A program made the translations under genes and the position numbers. Below, in pieces: positions 1 to 10,266 of a DNA stretch of 64,000 nucleotides (position 1 is its first letter; every line of letters begins with the position of its first letter). The notes under the pieces were generated by a model that did no database searches, was not told the DNA's origin, and saw only the letters and a list, made by a program, of their open reading frames with translations. The DNA comes from Armatimonadota bacterium (GTDB lineage: Bacteria > Armatimonadota > HRBIN16): positions 4,832,001 to 4,896,000 of the forward strand of contig OY781964.1 in assembly GCA_963677485.1 (NCBI GenBank). The letters run 5' to 3'.

Positions 1-1
1 G

Positions 2-1873
2 ATGAAGCCAATCGTGGATAAAACGACAGTAATTGCAATAGCAATAAACACTCTTTCTACAGATATGAAGAACGAATATGCGCAGGCAGGTGCTAATCAA
101 CAGCTTATCCTGTCAGATCGCGTCTACCAGATTTCGGCTGGAGATCAAAAAGGCTGGTTAGGCGGCACGGTCGTGATGGAGCTGCCAATACCGGCGGAGT
201 TGGCCTCTCAAATCACCGGCACCAATGTGGGCGCACTCGGCCTGTTGCCTGGCGGCTCGATATATGCGCGAGGTGTGCTCATACGCAATCGCAATGTGGT
301 GCAGGTGGCTACTAACCACTTCAGCAACTGGTGTTTTGGCCTGTTTGGCGGGAAAAGCGAGTTGCAGCAATACATCGAAGATGAAGCCGCCCGCAGAGTC
401 GGCATGCGTCGAACTGGCTTCGACCAGCGGTTCATCGATCTGGGCGCCCGTTATATCGAAGCTCTTGGCGGCATCAGCGATGAATCCAAAGCCAAAATCA
501 TGAAGCAACTCCTCTCACACCGTGAGGAAATCAACACCATTGCCATCTCTGCTGGCTCAGAAAATAACGGCATGATGGCCAAAGGCTGTGGTGATTTGAT
601 CGGTAAGCTCATCATCGACAACCTAGACGAAAGTGCTATCTCGACCGTGCTCAAGGGAGTGGTGGGGAACCTCGATCTGTTAAAGGTAACAGTCAATGAG
701 CTTAATGCTGCTCAGCAAGAGGAGACCTACGACGTTGCGATTAGTAAAATCGGCGAAGCATTTCTGCGAAATGAGCCGGTAGCAAAACTGACGCAGATGG
801 CCATTGACACGGCCAGCCTTGGTTGCGAGGCCCTTCACGATGCGGCATGGCGTGAGGCCTACCTGGCCTACCGTGATGGAGCGTCGCGCATCTTGTGGAT
901 CGGTGGTGGGAAGGTTGATGCTGGCGACTGGCAGGTAATACGTGAGCGTTACAGCAGACCTATGGTGGCCTACCTGCGTCAAAAGCAGCCCAGCCTTACC
1001 GAAGAAGAGGCCCTCACAATGGCTAAGAAGATGATGGACGATCGCAAAGCACAGGAAGGGGCCATCGCAAAGGAAGAGGACAAGCTGCGGGTGCTGCATG
1101 AAACTTTCGTGAGTTATAGCCAGCGTTCGGAGCTAAATCAGCAGACGGGGCTGAAGGGCGATATGCCTCAGTTCATTGATTACTCAAACCGTGTCCGCCG
1201 AATCGAAGCTGATTTGGCTGCATATGGGATTACAGGCGCGGTGTTCAGCATAAATGGCCTGCGCTCTGACGCAATGAAGCTGATGCACGGCTTTGCTTTG
1301 GGCGGTGAGGCCGGATACCGTAAGGCGCTGAATGAAATCCGAGCTGCTGTGTCGAAAAAGCTGCGTCTGCCGGGAGGCGAAGAGAAAGACCTGGCGAAAC
1401 TAAAATGGACTGTAGACGACTGGTATGACGCGCAGAAAACTCAACCTAAGAGCCGTGTGGCACAGACTACCAACTTGTCCTTCCTGGAAAAGTTCGCTAA
1501 AGACGGCTCCTTGGAGCGACGTTATATCGACACGCGTAAAGGCGATCTTATTCAGTACTCGTACTGGTTCTATCCCAACGGTGTTTTGCGCGCCAGCTCT
1601 CAATCAAGCAGCAGTAAAGGTGTATTCGGTACAGAGACTGGATTCTACGAGAACGGCAGGCTGAAGTATATCTACACATACCACACGTTCAAAAAGCAAT
1701 CTACTGGGTATGACTACCGTGATGACGGCAGCCTGATGTGCGAGAAGACACTTGACATCAATGGAAATGGCAAAGCCAAATGGTACACACCCGACGGGCG
1801 TGTTTACCAGTCTGACACCATTGCCAAATACACATCAACCCCCACAGAGTTGATCAAGTACGAGGACCGCTAA
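2..1873 (+). CDS. Large hypothetical protein, probably 5'-truncated by the window edge; ZU5-like N-terminal segment, helical middle, C-terminal MORN-variant (YwqK-like) repeats
   Basis: 623-aa ORF open from the window start; VATNHFSNW motif; C-terminal repeats FYPNG, FYENG, YRDDG, YTPDG. Confidence 0.6.
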   Translation: MKPIVDKTTVIAIAINTLSTDMKNEYAQAGANQQLILSDRVYQISAGDQKGWLGGTVVMELPIPAELASQITGTNVGALGLLPGGSIYARGVLIRNRNVVQVATNHFSNWCFGLFGGKSELQQYIEDEAARRVGMRRTGFDQRFIDLGARYIEALGGISDESKAKIMKQLLSHREEINTIAISAGSENNGMMAKGCGDLIGKLIIDNLDESAISTVLKGVVGNLDLLKVTVNELNAAQQEETYDVAISKIGEAFLRNEPVAKLTQMAIDTASLGCEALHDAAWREAYLAYRDGASRILWIGGGKVDAGDWQVIRERYSRPMVAYLRQKQPSLTEEEALTMAKKMMDDRKAQEGAIAKEEDKLRVLHETFVSYSQRSELNQQTGLKGDMPQFIDYSNRVRRIEADLAAYGITGAVFSINGLRSDAMKLMHGFALGGEAGYRKALNEIRAAVSKKLRLPGGEEKDLAKLKWTVDDWYDAQKTQPKSRVAQTTNLSFLEKFAKDGSLERRYIDTRKGDLIQYSYWFYPNGVLRASSQSSSSKGVFGTETGFYENGRLKYIYTYHTFKKQSTGYDYRDDGSLMCEKTLDINGNGKAKWYTPDGRVYQSDTIAKYTSTPTELIKYEDR

Positions 1874-1948
1874 CCGCTCGTAAAGTCGTGCTATGCGAGG
1901 CATGGTCCGGTCACATGCTTCGTATAGCAGCACCTCTCAACGGAATCT

Positions 1949-1987
1949 TGGTACAATGAGTTGCTACATATTATCAATTCGTGTTAC
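1949..1987 (+). promoter_or_regulatory. Extended -10 promoter followed by a NikR-type operator
   Basis: TGgTACAAT at 1949-1957, then TTGCTAC-N13-GTGTTAC at 1961-1987 with an AT-rich 13-nt spacer, directly upstream of nikM. Confidence 0.6.
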
Positions 1988-2012
1988 CAATCCCGTCAAA
2001 AGGACAGATGAG

Positions 2013-2720
2013 TTGCATATACCCGATGGTTACCTTAGTCCTCAAACATATGCAGTTGCCACTGCGGCAGTGCTTCCCTTTTGGGCGATCGCATCCAAAC
2101 AGCTAAACAAGAGCCTGCGAAGTCGGCAGGTGCCCTTATTGGCTCTCAGTTCGGCGTTCTGCTTTGTCATCATGATGTTCAATGTGCCCATACCCGGCGG
2201 AACTACTGGTCACGCTGTTGGGGCGGTGCTGGTGTCGATCCTGCTCGGTCCCTGGGCAGCGTGTATCGCGGTCTCCATCGCGCTTATTGTGCAAGCCGTG
2301 CTATTTGGTGATGGCGGGATTACCTGCATCGGAGCCAATTGCTTGAATATGGCGGTCATCATGCCGTTTGTCGGTTACGGAATATATACTCTCATCGCTG
2401 GAACATCACTAGCCACATCGTGGCGGCGCTGGCTGGGAGCAGGTATCGGCGGGTATGTTGGCTTGAATGCCGCGGCGTTGAGCACAGGCTTCATGTTCGG
2501 TATCCAGCCGCTGATCGCGCATGATGCAGCGGGTAAGGCTCTATATGCCCCTTACCCGCTGAGTGTCGCTGTGCCTATCATGGCGGTAGAGCATCTGCTG
2601 GTGTTTGGATTCGTCGAAGCGGTGGTCACAGCACTTGTCGTGATCTATCTGCAGAAATCTGACCCAGGACTTCTGTACAAGGCCCCGCAGACGCCGGTCG
2701 TGGAGGGTGAGTCATCGTGA
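2013..2720 (+). CDS. nikM: ECF Ni/Co transporter substrate-binding component NikM/CbiM
   Basis: TTG start at 2013 with AGGA RBS gives the N-terminus MHIPDGYLSP; IPGGTTGH and LFGDGGIT motifs; multiple TM helices. Confidence 0.9.
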   Translation: MHIPDGYLSPQTYAVATAAVLPFWAIASKQLNKSLRSRQVPLLALSSAFCFVIMMFNVPIPGGTTGHAVGAVLVSILLGPWAACIAVSIALIVQAVLFGDGGITCIGANCLNMAVIMPFVGYGIYTLIAGTSLATSWRRWLGAGIGGYVGLNAAALSTGFMFGIQPLIAHDAAGKALYAPYPLSVAVPIMAVEHLLVFGFVEAVVTALVVIYLQKSDPGLLYKAPQTPVVEGESS

Positions 2721-3064
2721 AGGGACACACGAAACTATGGATCGGTCTTGGGATATTGATTCTGCTCTCACCCTTAGGCTTGATCCTCCCTGCGAAATTT
2801 GGAGCGGGTACTGCCTGGGGGGAATGGAGCACAGAGGAGATGCACAAATTGATCGGTTATGTGCCTGCTGGATTGGCCAAGGGCAGCGACCGGTGGAAGG
2901 CACCCATGCCGGATTATGCCACCAAGGGGAAGCAAGAGCCATCATTAAAAAAGCAGAGCTCGGAATACATCCTGTCTGCTGTTCTCGGCGTGTCTGTAGT
3001 GGCCGGAGTTGCTGTATTGCTAGGAAAGGCGTTGGCGAAACGTGAGAACTCAACCCCTTCCTGA
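2717..3064 (+). CDS. NikN-like (PDGLE-domain) ECF auxiliary membrane protein
   Basis: Two TM helices; AWGEW and APMPDY motifs; GTGA overlap with nikM. Confidence 0.8.
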   Translation: MKGHTKLWIGLGILILLSPLGLILPAKFGAGTAWGEWSTEEMHKLIGYVPAGLAKGSDRWKAPMPDYATKGKQEPSLKKQSSEYILSAVLGVSVVAGVAVLLGKALAKRENSTPS

Positions 3065-3986
3065 GTGGTTTACTGAGGACATCGGCATCAGCCATGAACA
3101 TAGTCGGTCGCGTCAGCGTGTGGGGTATGTTCGAAGAGGTCTTTCAAGCCTGGTTGAGGTCATTGCCCGCGAGCTCACCAAACCGGTCTGTGCAGAATCC
3201 TGGCTTGGGAACATCGAACCTCGCGCCAAGCTGGCAGGCGTATTCGGGCTGATTATCATCAGCACTTTCATACATTCGCCAAGCACGCTCGCGGCCATGA
3301 TGGCCATGGTATTAGTGACCACCCTATCTATACGGCTGCCAGCAGCAAGTCTGGGACGGGTGTGGGTAGGTGTTCCGCTGTTTAGCCTTGCGCTCATCTT
3401 GCCAGCAGTCACCAACCTGGTGACACCAGGAAATGACTTACTGATCCTGGCCCACCTGAAGCATGCTATGCATATTGGTGCATGGGTGTCACCAAACCCC
3501 GTCTCGATCACCGATGCTGGTTTGATCGTGGCAGGTAGGTTCCTGTTGCGCACGCTGATCTGCGTGACGCTGTGCTACCTGCTGATCGCCACCACCGAAT
3601 CATCAGTATTGCTGAATGGGCTGCGCCGACTCGGCATGCCGAAGGCGTTTGGGATGGTGTTGACCATGTCCCAACGATATCTCACGGTCATCATCAAAGC
3701 CGCGGAGGAAATCCACCTGGCCAAACTGAGCCGCACGATTTCCACCGGTTCGGTGAAAGGCGAGCAGCGTTGGGTCGCCGCTGGCATGGGCATGCTGTTC
3801 CGCCGGACTCACAGGCTGGCCCAGGAGGTTCAGAACTCCATGCTCTCGCGTGGCTATGACGGTGATCTGCAAGTGCGGCGACAATCTGTAATTCGAACCT
3901 GCGACATCGAATGGATGGTGGTTGTATTCATGGTTGGGTTAGCACTATTAGTTGTCGACAAGATGGGATTGGGTGGTTTGTCATGA
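3042..3986 (+). CDS. nikQ: ECF transporter T component NikQ/CbiQ
   Basis: IEPRAKL, LRRLGMP and MLSRGYDG motifs; position in the operon. Confidence 0.88.
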   Translation: MRTQPLPEWFTEDIGISHEHSRSRQRVGYVRRGLSSLVEVIARELTKPVCAESWLGNIEPRAKLAGVFGLIIISTFIHSPSTLAAMMAMVLVTTLSIRLPAASLGRVWVGVPLFSLALILPAVTNLVTPGNDLLILAHLKHAMHIGAWVSPNPVSITDAGLIVAGRFLLRTLICVTLCYLLIATTESSVLLNGLRRLGMPKAFGMVLTMSQRYLTVIIKAAEEIHLAKLSRTISTGSVKGEQRWVAAGMGMLFRRTHRLAQEVQNSMLSRGYDGDLQVRRQSVIRTCDIEWMVVVFMVGLALLVVDKMGLGGLS

Positions 3987-4777
3987 GCAAGAACATTTAT
4001 GATGTGTCCAATATCACCTACAGTTACCCCAGATGTCAGCCAGTGCTGAGTAACATCACATTCCAAGTCAGCCAAGGCGAAAGCCTGGCGATTCTGGGTG
4101 CCAATGCTTGCGGAAAGTCGACACTGATGCACCTTCTAGACGGGTTGTATTTCCCGCAATCAGGCTCAGTGAAAGCATATGACACAATATTGACCGAAGA
4201 GAACGTGGAGACGGCTCCATTTTCAAGGCAGTTTCGACAGCAAGTCGGGTTCTTATTTCAGAACTCTGACGCGGTGTTGTTTTGCAACACTGTGGAAGAG
4301 GAGCTGGCCTTTGGCCCGCTGCAGCTTCGGCTGCCGCCGGAGCAGATCGACACGCGTGTTGAAGATGTGATCAAGATGTTCGGCATCGAACACCTCAGGC
4401 ACCGATCCCCTCAAACGCTAAGCGGTGGTGAGAAGAAGAAGGTCGCCCTGGCCGCCATTGTGTGCTGCGGCAGTCAAGTGATTTTGCTTGATGAACCATC
4501 TGCCAGCCTGGATCCCAGGATGCAGCAGTGGCTTTCGGACTTTCTAAACCAGCTGCACGAGGCTGGTGTGACGCTCATCATGTCAAGCCATGACCTGCAT
4601 TTTGTGTCCGAGGTGTCAGACCGTGCATTAATACTGTCGGAAGAACACCGTCTGGTCTACGATGGCCCAGTAACCGACGCGCTTGCCGACCTGGATATGC
4701 TGCGCTCCGTGAACCTAATACACGCCCATGCGCATAAGCAAGACGGCCGCATCCATGAGCATGTCATCGGCGAATAG
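3983..4777 (+). CDS. nikO: ECF transporter ATPase NikO/CbiO
   Basis: Walker A GANACGKST, LSGGEKKK signature, LLDEP, His-rich C-terminus; ATGA overlap with nikQ. Confidence 0.9.
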   Translation: MSKNIYDVSNITYSYPRCQPVLSNITFQVSQGESLAILGANACGKSTLMHLLDGLYFPQSGSVKAYDTILTEENVETAPFSRQFRQQVGFLFQNSDAVLFCNTVEEELAFGPLQLRLPPEQIDTRVEDVIKMFGIEHLRHRSPQTLSGGEKKKVALAAIVCCGSQVILLDEPSASLDPRMQQWLSDFLNQLHEAGVTLIMSSHDLHFVSEVSDRALILSEEHRLVYDGPVTDALADLDMLRSVNLIHAHAHKQDGRIHEHVIGE

Positions 4778-4807
4778 CGTCCTCTACCATGAGACCGATC
4801 TATCGAC

Positions 4808-5587
4808 TCAGCCAATCTGCACGGACAGCATCGACATAGAGCCGCCATCATACCCATCCACAGGGAAGCTCATAGGCTCGTTCTCGCGCCTTAATGCTGC
4901 GATGTAGAGCAGCGGCAGATAGTGGTCGGGTGTCGGTATCGACATTTTGGCGTCGTCGCCGAGTGACAAATAGTCGATAAGGCTTTCATCATCCCCGTTG
5001 ATCAGCAGTTCGCGTACCAAACTATCGAAACGTAATGCCCAGCCATATGGTTCAACAGCGTCTCCGTCCCAGTTGTAAGCACGCAGGTTGTGTACCACAT
5101 TGCCGCTGCCCGCAATCAGCACCCCCTCATCCCGCAGTGGCGAAAGCCGCTTACCAAGCTCGTAATGGAAAGACGCCGGTCTGGAGCTGTCGATGCTGAG
5201 CTGTATCACTGGAATGTCCGCCTGTGGATATACCTTGCGGAGAACCGACCAAGTGCCATGATCAAGTCCCCATTCGTGATCAAGCTGAACGTCTAGGGGG
5301 TCCAGCATATCTTTAACCCTCAGAGCCAAATCTGGATCACCAGGTGCAGGATACTGCACCTGGAAGAGTTCCCTGGGGAACCCGCCGAAATCATGGATGG
5401 TTTCGGGCTGAGCCATGGCCGTCACCGCGGTCTTTGGCAGGTACCAGTGTGCCGATATGCAGAGTATCGCCTTGGGATGCGGAATCCCCTCTCCAATGGC
5501 AGCCCAGCCTTGCGTGAAGCTATTGTTGGCCAGAGAGTTCATTGGGTTACCGTGTCCGAAAAAGACCGCAGGCATCGTGTTACTCAT
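4808..5587 (-). CDS. ygiD: 4,5-DOPA extradiol dioxygenase family protein (YgiD/LigB)
   Basis: FFGHGNPMN, ISAHW, TIHDFGGFP, GLDHGTW, SGNVVHNL and PTPDHYLPLLY motifs. Confidence 0.9.
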   Translation of the reverse strand: MSNTMPAVFFGHGNPMNSLANNSFTQGWAAIGEGIPHPKAILCISAHWYLPKTAVTAMAQPETIHDFGGFPRELFQVQYPAPGDPDLALRVKDMLDPLDVQLDHEWGLDHGTWSVLRKVYPQADIPVIQLSIDSSRPASFHYELGKRLSPLRDEGVLIAGSGNVVHNLRAYNWDGDAVEPYGWALRFDSLVRELLINGDDESLIDYLSLGDDAKMSIPTPDHYLPLLYIAALRRENEPMSFPVDGYDGGSMSMLSVQIG

Positions 5588-5640
5588 TTGGCACCCCTCA
5601 TTTCTGACTCACTGGCCCAATATCTTCGCATACTGCGAGT

Positions 5641-6402
5641 TTAGTATCCCCGCTTGTTGTATTCAGCCAGGCTCTTTTGATACATCGCCCAGCCTCCTTC
5701 GCGGTTCACGCTGTTAAACACAGTCGGCGCATCTCCAACCGCGGCCATCTTCTCCATCACACGTCCCCAGATCATCCAGCCAATGGCGATCATGGACACA
5801 CCAGACACGGGCAGCAAATCTTTCTCATAGCCCTCGATATGCACTGCAGCGTCACCGTATGGAGCGCAGTTGTCAATCACCACGTCGGCCACGTCGCACA
5901 GCTTCTTGCCGGAGGGATGAAGTGAGGTGACCTGAGCGGTATACCCCAAGGAGGTCATACCGACTACGCTCACACCCATCTCATGGCAGGCGATGGCCAA
6001 CTGCACTGGGTTGATGTTCTTGCCGGACACGGAACCCATGAACATCACATCACCTGCCCGGACGTTACTGGCCTTCAGCGCGTAACTGATATTCTCCAGT
6101 TCGGCACTAAACTCCTCTGTCCGCGGACGGTTGTTGTATGCTTCCGGCACAGGTGCGTTGGTGGATATGCTGTAACTGAAGTGTTTCACCGACGCCAGTC
6201 CGCCAGCGCGGTTGATGAAGTCCTGTTCGTTGCTGTGGCCGATCGCACTGCACCAGATCACTCCACCGTTTTTCAAGGAGGCAATGACCATGTCGACCGC
6301 CTTCTCAACATTATCAAGCTGAGTGTTCTGCAGTTGGTCCAGAATCCCTCTCACGGCATCTAGATACTTTACGGAAGCTGATTCGTTATTTTGGTTTGGC
6401 AT
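5641..6402 (-). CDS. SIS-domain (sugar isomerase) protein
   Basis: GHS...RAGGL, SVSGKN, HPSGKKLCDVADVVIDNCAPYGDA and PTVFNSVN motifs. Confidence 0.8.
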   Translation of the reverse strand: MPNQNNESASVKYLDAVRGILDQLQNTQLDNVEKAVDMVIASLKNGGVIWCSAIGHSNEQDFINRAGGLASVKHFSYSISTNAPVPEAYNNRPRTEEFSAELENISYALKASNVRAGDVMFMGSVSGKNINPVQLAIACHEMGVSVVGMTSLGYTAQVTSLHPSGKKLCDVADVVIDNCAPYGDAAVHIEGYEKDLLPVSGVSMIAIGWMIWGRVMEKMAAVGDAPTVFNSVNREGGWAMYQKSLAEYNKRGY

Positions 6403-6469
6403 TGAATATCCCTCTAGATCATATATGCGGTTATCATGATTGCTTTTGTTCTTGCTAAGCTAGTTTATA

Positions 6470-7837
6470 CTATCCTAAAATCTCGTCGACGGCCTCTTCG
6501 AATGCCAGGATCGACTCACGAAGCGCCTCCTCACTGATGGTCAAAGGGGGTGCGATTTTCAAACACTCACCGCCGATGCCCACTGGAGCGAACATCAGCA
6601 GACCCTTGTGAACGCATTTCAGGTTAATGGCCGTGGCGGTCTGGTTGTCAGGCTCTTTTGTTCCGGGCTTCACCACTTGAATACCAGCCACCAGCCCTTT
6701 TCCATGCATGCAACCCAGCCGGTCAGGGTATTTTTGCTGTATGCGTTGAAGCTCTGGCAGAAGGATTTCGCCCAGCATGGCGGCTCGATCCACTAGATGC
6801 TCCTGTTGGATCACTTTGAGGCTGGCTAGCCCGGCTGCCACCGGTAATGGCGATGCGGAGTGCGTTGATGTGATCGATCCTGGCGGATAGACATCCATGA
6901 TATCAGCACGCCCGATCACTGCCGACAGCGGCAGCGAGGACGATATACCCTTACCGCAGGCGATGAGGTCAGGAGTGACGCCGTAGTGCTCATAACAGAA
7001 CATTTTTCCGGTTCGTCCGAAACCAGCCTAGACTTCATCGAAAATCATCACAATGTCATTCTGCCGACAGAACGCCTGCAACTTTTGAGCATACTCCACG
7101 GGAAGGAAGTCTGGGCCCACTCCCTGGTAGCTTTCGGTCATCACACCAGCGATTTCCGCTCCGGTGATCCCCATCTGCTCAAGACTGTGCAAAAACAGCT
7201 CAAAGGAGGTATCGGTGTTCTTGTAGCCATCAGGGAATGGCACCTGAACAAAAGTCTTGTCGCGGTCAATCATCCAAGTTTTTTGCTTATCCATACCGCC
7301 GGCAAGCTGCGCGCCCATCGTCCGTCCATGAAAGCCGTTCTTGAAGGAGACAAAGTATTTCTTATGTTCGCCGTGTTTCTGAAGTGCGTAGGTCTTCGCC
7401 AGCTTGATGCAGTTTTCGGTAGCCTCTGAACCGGTGCTCAGAAGGAATACACGGTAGTCATTCGGCGTGGGAGCCAGCTGCTGCAGCTCGTGGCATAACA
7501 AGGCCCTTTGCTCATGGATGAAGATGTAGCTGGCTAGCAGCCCCTGGTCTATGATGTCACGCAGAGCTTGTTTGACCTCGGGCCGACCATGACCGGCGTT
7601 AGCCACCAGCACGCAACTCGACCAGTCGATCCACTTATTACCCCAGGCATCTTCGACGCAGAAGTCTTCTGCTTTGTGCCAGATGACGGGCGGTTGGCCC
7701 ATCATGGACTGTGGCTCGCTCTCTTTCAACATTTCGAATATCGGCAAGGATTCGGGGACCGGTATCTTGGTGTGTATCCTGCGGTATTTGGTCTCCACTT
7801 TGGGAACATCCACAGGTGTCAGATCGTATTTAGCCAC
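6470..7837 (-). pseudogene. Class III PLP aminotransferase (GabT/ArgD-like) interrupted by an in-frame TAG at 7028-7030
   Basis: The two ORFs are in the same frame and read IFDEV*AGFGRTGKMF across the stop; also TGSEATE, FHGRT and the PLP lysine in ACGKGISS. Confidence 0.8.
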
Positions 7838-8913
7838 TACTTTGACCTCAGTTTAATGATATTACCGGTTTCCAGGCTTTCATGAATAGCGACTGCTATT
7901 CGAGTCACTTCCAGCCCATCTTCACCCGATGCCCAGCACCCGCGGAGATCAGATACCAACCCGCCATCCTTCAGATGCGCCACATTGTAGGCAAAATCTT
8001 CAATGCTCTCGATACCGTAGCCCCGTGACAACCGGCGTCCCAATTTGTCTACCCCGTCGCGTCGGAAGTTGTTGTATGTGCTCATGCCCTCGGATGAGAG
8101 GCACGATCTCATGCCCCGATACTGGCTGTCGCATTCGATGACACCCTTGGTACCCACAATCCGAACCTCCTGGTTCACAATCGCCTCGAAACTTTTCGGA
8201 AGTATCCAACTGGTGTCGAACACGAATGACACCCCGTTTTCAAACTCCACTTTAGCATTGATGCAGTCGTAGGTATCAATCCCGTAGTCATTCAAAAGCG
8301 TCTTCTTGCGGCCTGTGGCATACACCTGTGTCACCTCACTCTTCACGATCCAACGCACCAGGTCGTAAAAGTGAACACCCAGAAACCATGCAGGGGACGA
8401 GTTCGGTGCCCAGTGCGGGAACCATTCGGAAGGCACCTCGATGCGGTCCTCCATATAGACAGATCCGTACAGTATCTCCCCAAGCTCCCCTGCTCCCACC
8501 CTTCTGGCGATCGCCATGTGGTCTGGGTCATACCGCTTGTGGAAGTCTACCTGCAGCAGCACTCCGCTTTTCTTTGCGGCTTCGATGATCTCCTCGCAAC
8601 CTTCCACAGTGGTGTCAAGCGGCTTTTCAACCAGCACGTGCAGGCCAGCTCGAGCAGCGTCGACGGCGATCTGTCTGTGTAAGTGGTCAGGCGTGGCGAC
8701 ACTCACTCCATCAAGATTCGCATTGGCGATCATCTCCTGATGGCTTGCGTAAACCGGGCAGCTCAGCGTCTGACGAAGCTCCGCAGCCCGGACCGGGTTC
8801 GCCTCAGCGACCGCAGCTAATTCGGCAACGCCGATGTAACCCAACTGCGTGTATGCATCAAGATGCATCTGGCCGAACTTCCCTGCGCCAACCACACCAA
8901 TTCTAACAGTCAT
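7837..8913 (-). CDS. Gfo/Idh/MocA family NAD(P)-dependent oxidoreductase
   Basis: GVVGAGKFG, VATPDHLH, VLVEKP and HKRYDP motifs. Confidence 0.9.
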   Translation of the reverse strand: MTVRIGVVGAGKFGQMHLDAYTQLGYIGVAELAAVAEANPVRAAELRQTLSCPVYASHQEMIANANLDGVSVATPDHLHRQIAVDAARAGLHVLVEKPLDTTVEGCEEIIEAAKKSGVLLQVDFHKRYDPDHMAIARRVGAGELGEILYGSVYMEDRIEVPSEWFPHWAPNSSPAWFLGVHFYDLVRWIVKSEVTQVYATGRKKTLLNDYGIDTYDCINAKVEFENGVSFVFDTSWILPKSFEAIVNQEVRIVGTKGVIECDSQYRGMRSCLSSEGMSTYNNFRRDGVDKLGRRLSRGYGIESIEDFAYNVAHLKDGGLVSDLRGCWASGEDGLEVTRIAVAIHESLETGNIIKLRSK

Positions 8914-8933
8914 CAGTATCTCCTATACGGTCT

Positions 8934-10178
8934 TTAGTTGGTTCCACACCAGTTAATGACAAACCGAGTCAGTACCTCGGCGGCCTGAAGGATGTCGTTG
9001 GTCTTGATCTGCTCCTTCAATGAGTGCGCGACTCCCAGTTCACCGGCACCAAATGTGATGGTCGGCATCTTACCTCTGCGTGCGAATAGACGCGCATCAC
9101 AGGATGCGATCCATCCCACGACTGGCTGCTCACCCAGCACGTGATGCACGGCCTCACCGAAGCACTGAACTGACGGATGATCTGCAGGAGTCTCGAACGC
9201 CTCGTTGTGAAGTCGACCAAATTCAAAGCTGTAGTGATCGCGCAAATACTCAGAGGCGTTTTGCTCTATCATCTCGACAAGCCCTTTGTGTATAGTGGGG
9301 ATATCCTTGTTCGGCAGGAAGGCTATTCCACCTTCAATGCTGCAATCGGCGGGAACAGTGGCTGGCCAGTCGCCTCCAGTTATCTGCCCGACGTTCACAT
9401 TGACCGGGTTGGGGTCATGCGGGAACAGGGCGAGACCAGTCGACTCCGATCGCAGCTTGGCTTCATACTTCTTGAGAATCGCGATGAGTTCAACCATCTG
9501 GTCGATGGCACTCACGCCCTGCCAGTACTTACCCATATGAACTGACTGCCCCTTCACGCTCAACCGGTACCAGACTGCCCCTCTATTCGCAGGATGCATT
9601 TGCAGGCTGGTGGGTTCCAGAACCACGGCGCAGTCGGCTTTCATGCCATTCAGCACCGCGGCTAACGCACCATTACCACCCGCTTCTTCTTCAATCACCA
9701 GTTGCGCCTGTAAGTCACCGTTCAGCCGGATGCCCATCTCCTTAAGGGCCTGCAACACCAGCAGAATGGTGACGACCTGCCCCTTGGCATCGCAAGCACC
9801 ACGACCATACACAACGCCTTGTTCCACCCGCGCTTGAAACATACCGCCCGGCGCAGGTACCACATCGCAGTGAGAGTTGAGAATGAGGCTTCGTCCCCCA
9901 CCTTGGCCTTTCAGATTGACGAAAAGGTTCGGCCGTCCTTCATAAGTTGTATGGGTGGGAACCACGGTGTAATCCACATCTGATGCTATAGCATCGGGCA
10001 CGGCGGATTCCTCAACGCTCCACCCAAACTCTCTGAGGTAACTAGCGAGATGGGCTTGTACCTCATGCTCCCGACCGACTGTGCTTTTGTAAGCGATCAG
10101 GCGACTAAGCAGGCTCTCAGCAGTTTCACGCTGGGTCTTGAAGTAGGCTTGCAGGTCGTCATTCTGGACTGTATTCAT
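8934..10178 (-). CDS. M20 family deacylase (ArgE/DapE-like)
   Basis: LNSHCDVVP, GRGACDAKG, IEEEAGGNG, VLEPT and AHSLKE motifs; ATG at 10178 with GAGGA RBS. Confidence 0.88.
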   Translation of the reverse strand: MNTVQNDDLQAYFKTQRETAESLLSRLIAYKSTVGREHEVQAHLASYLREFGWSVEESAVPDAIASDVDYTVVPTHTTYEGRPNLFVNLKGQGGGRSLILNSHCDVVPAPGGMFQARVEQGVVYGRGACDAKGQVVTILLVLQALKEMGIRLNGDLQAQLVIEEEAGGNGALAAVLNGMKADCAVVLEPTSLQMHPANRGAVWYRLSVKGQSVHMGKYWQGVSAIDQMVELIAILKKYEAKLRSESTGLALFPHDPNPVNVNVGQITGGDWPATVPADCSIEGGIAFLPNKDIPTIHKGLVEMIEQNASEYLRDHYSFEFGRLHNEAFETPADHPSVQCFGEAVHHVLGEQPVVGWIASCDARLFARRGKMPTITFGAGELGVAHSLKEQIKTNDILQAAEVLTRFVINWCGTN

Positions 10179-10266
10179 TCCATCCTCATTGAAGTTTATA
10201 TCACTGGTATGTTCTGACAAGCAACCGCACGTGCTGGCACGGCAGCCTATACTGTAACGGATACGG

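Noticed and set aside
1874-2012. Cobalamin riboswitch before cbiM/nikM, and the 40-aa N-terminal extension in the ORF track
   Set aside because: No B12-box is present. The family requires a free MH N-terminus, which the TTG at 2013 provides.
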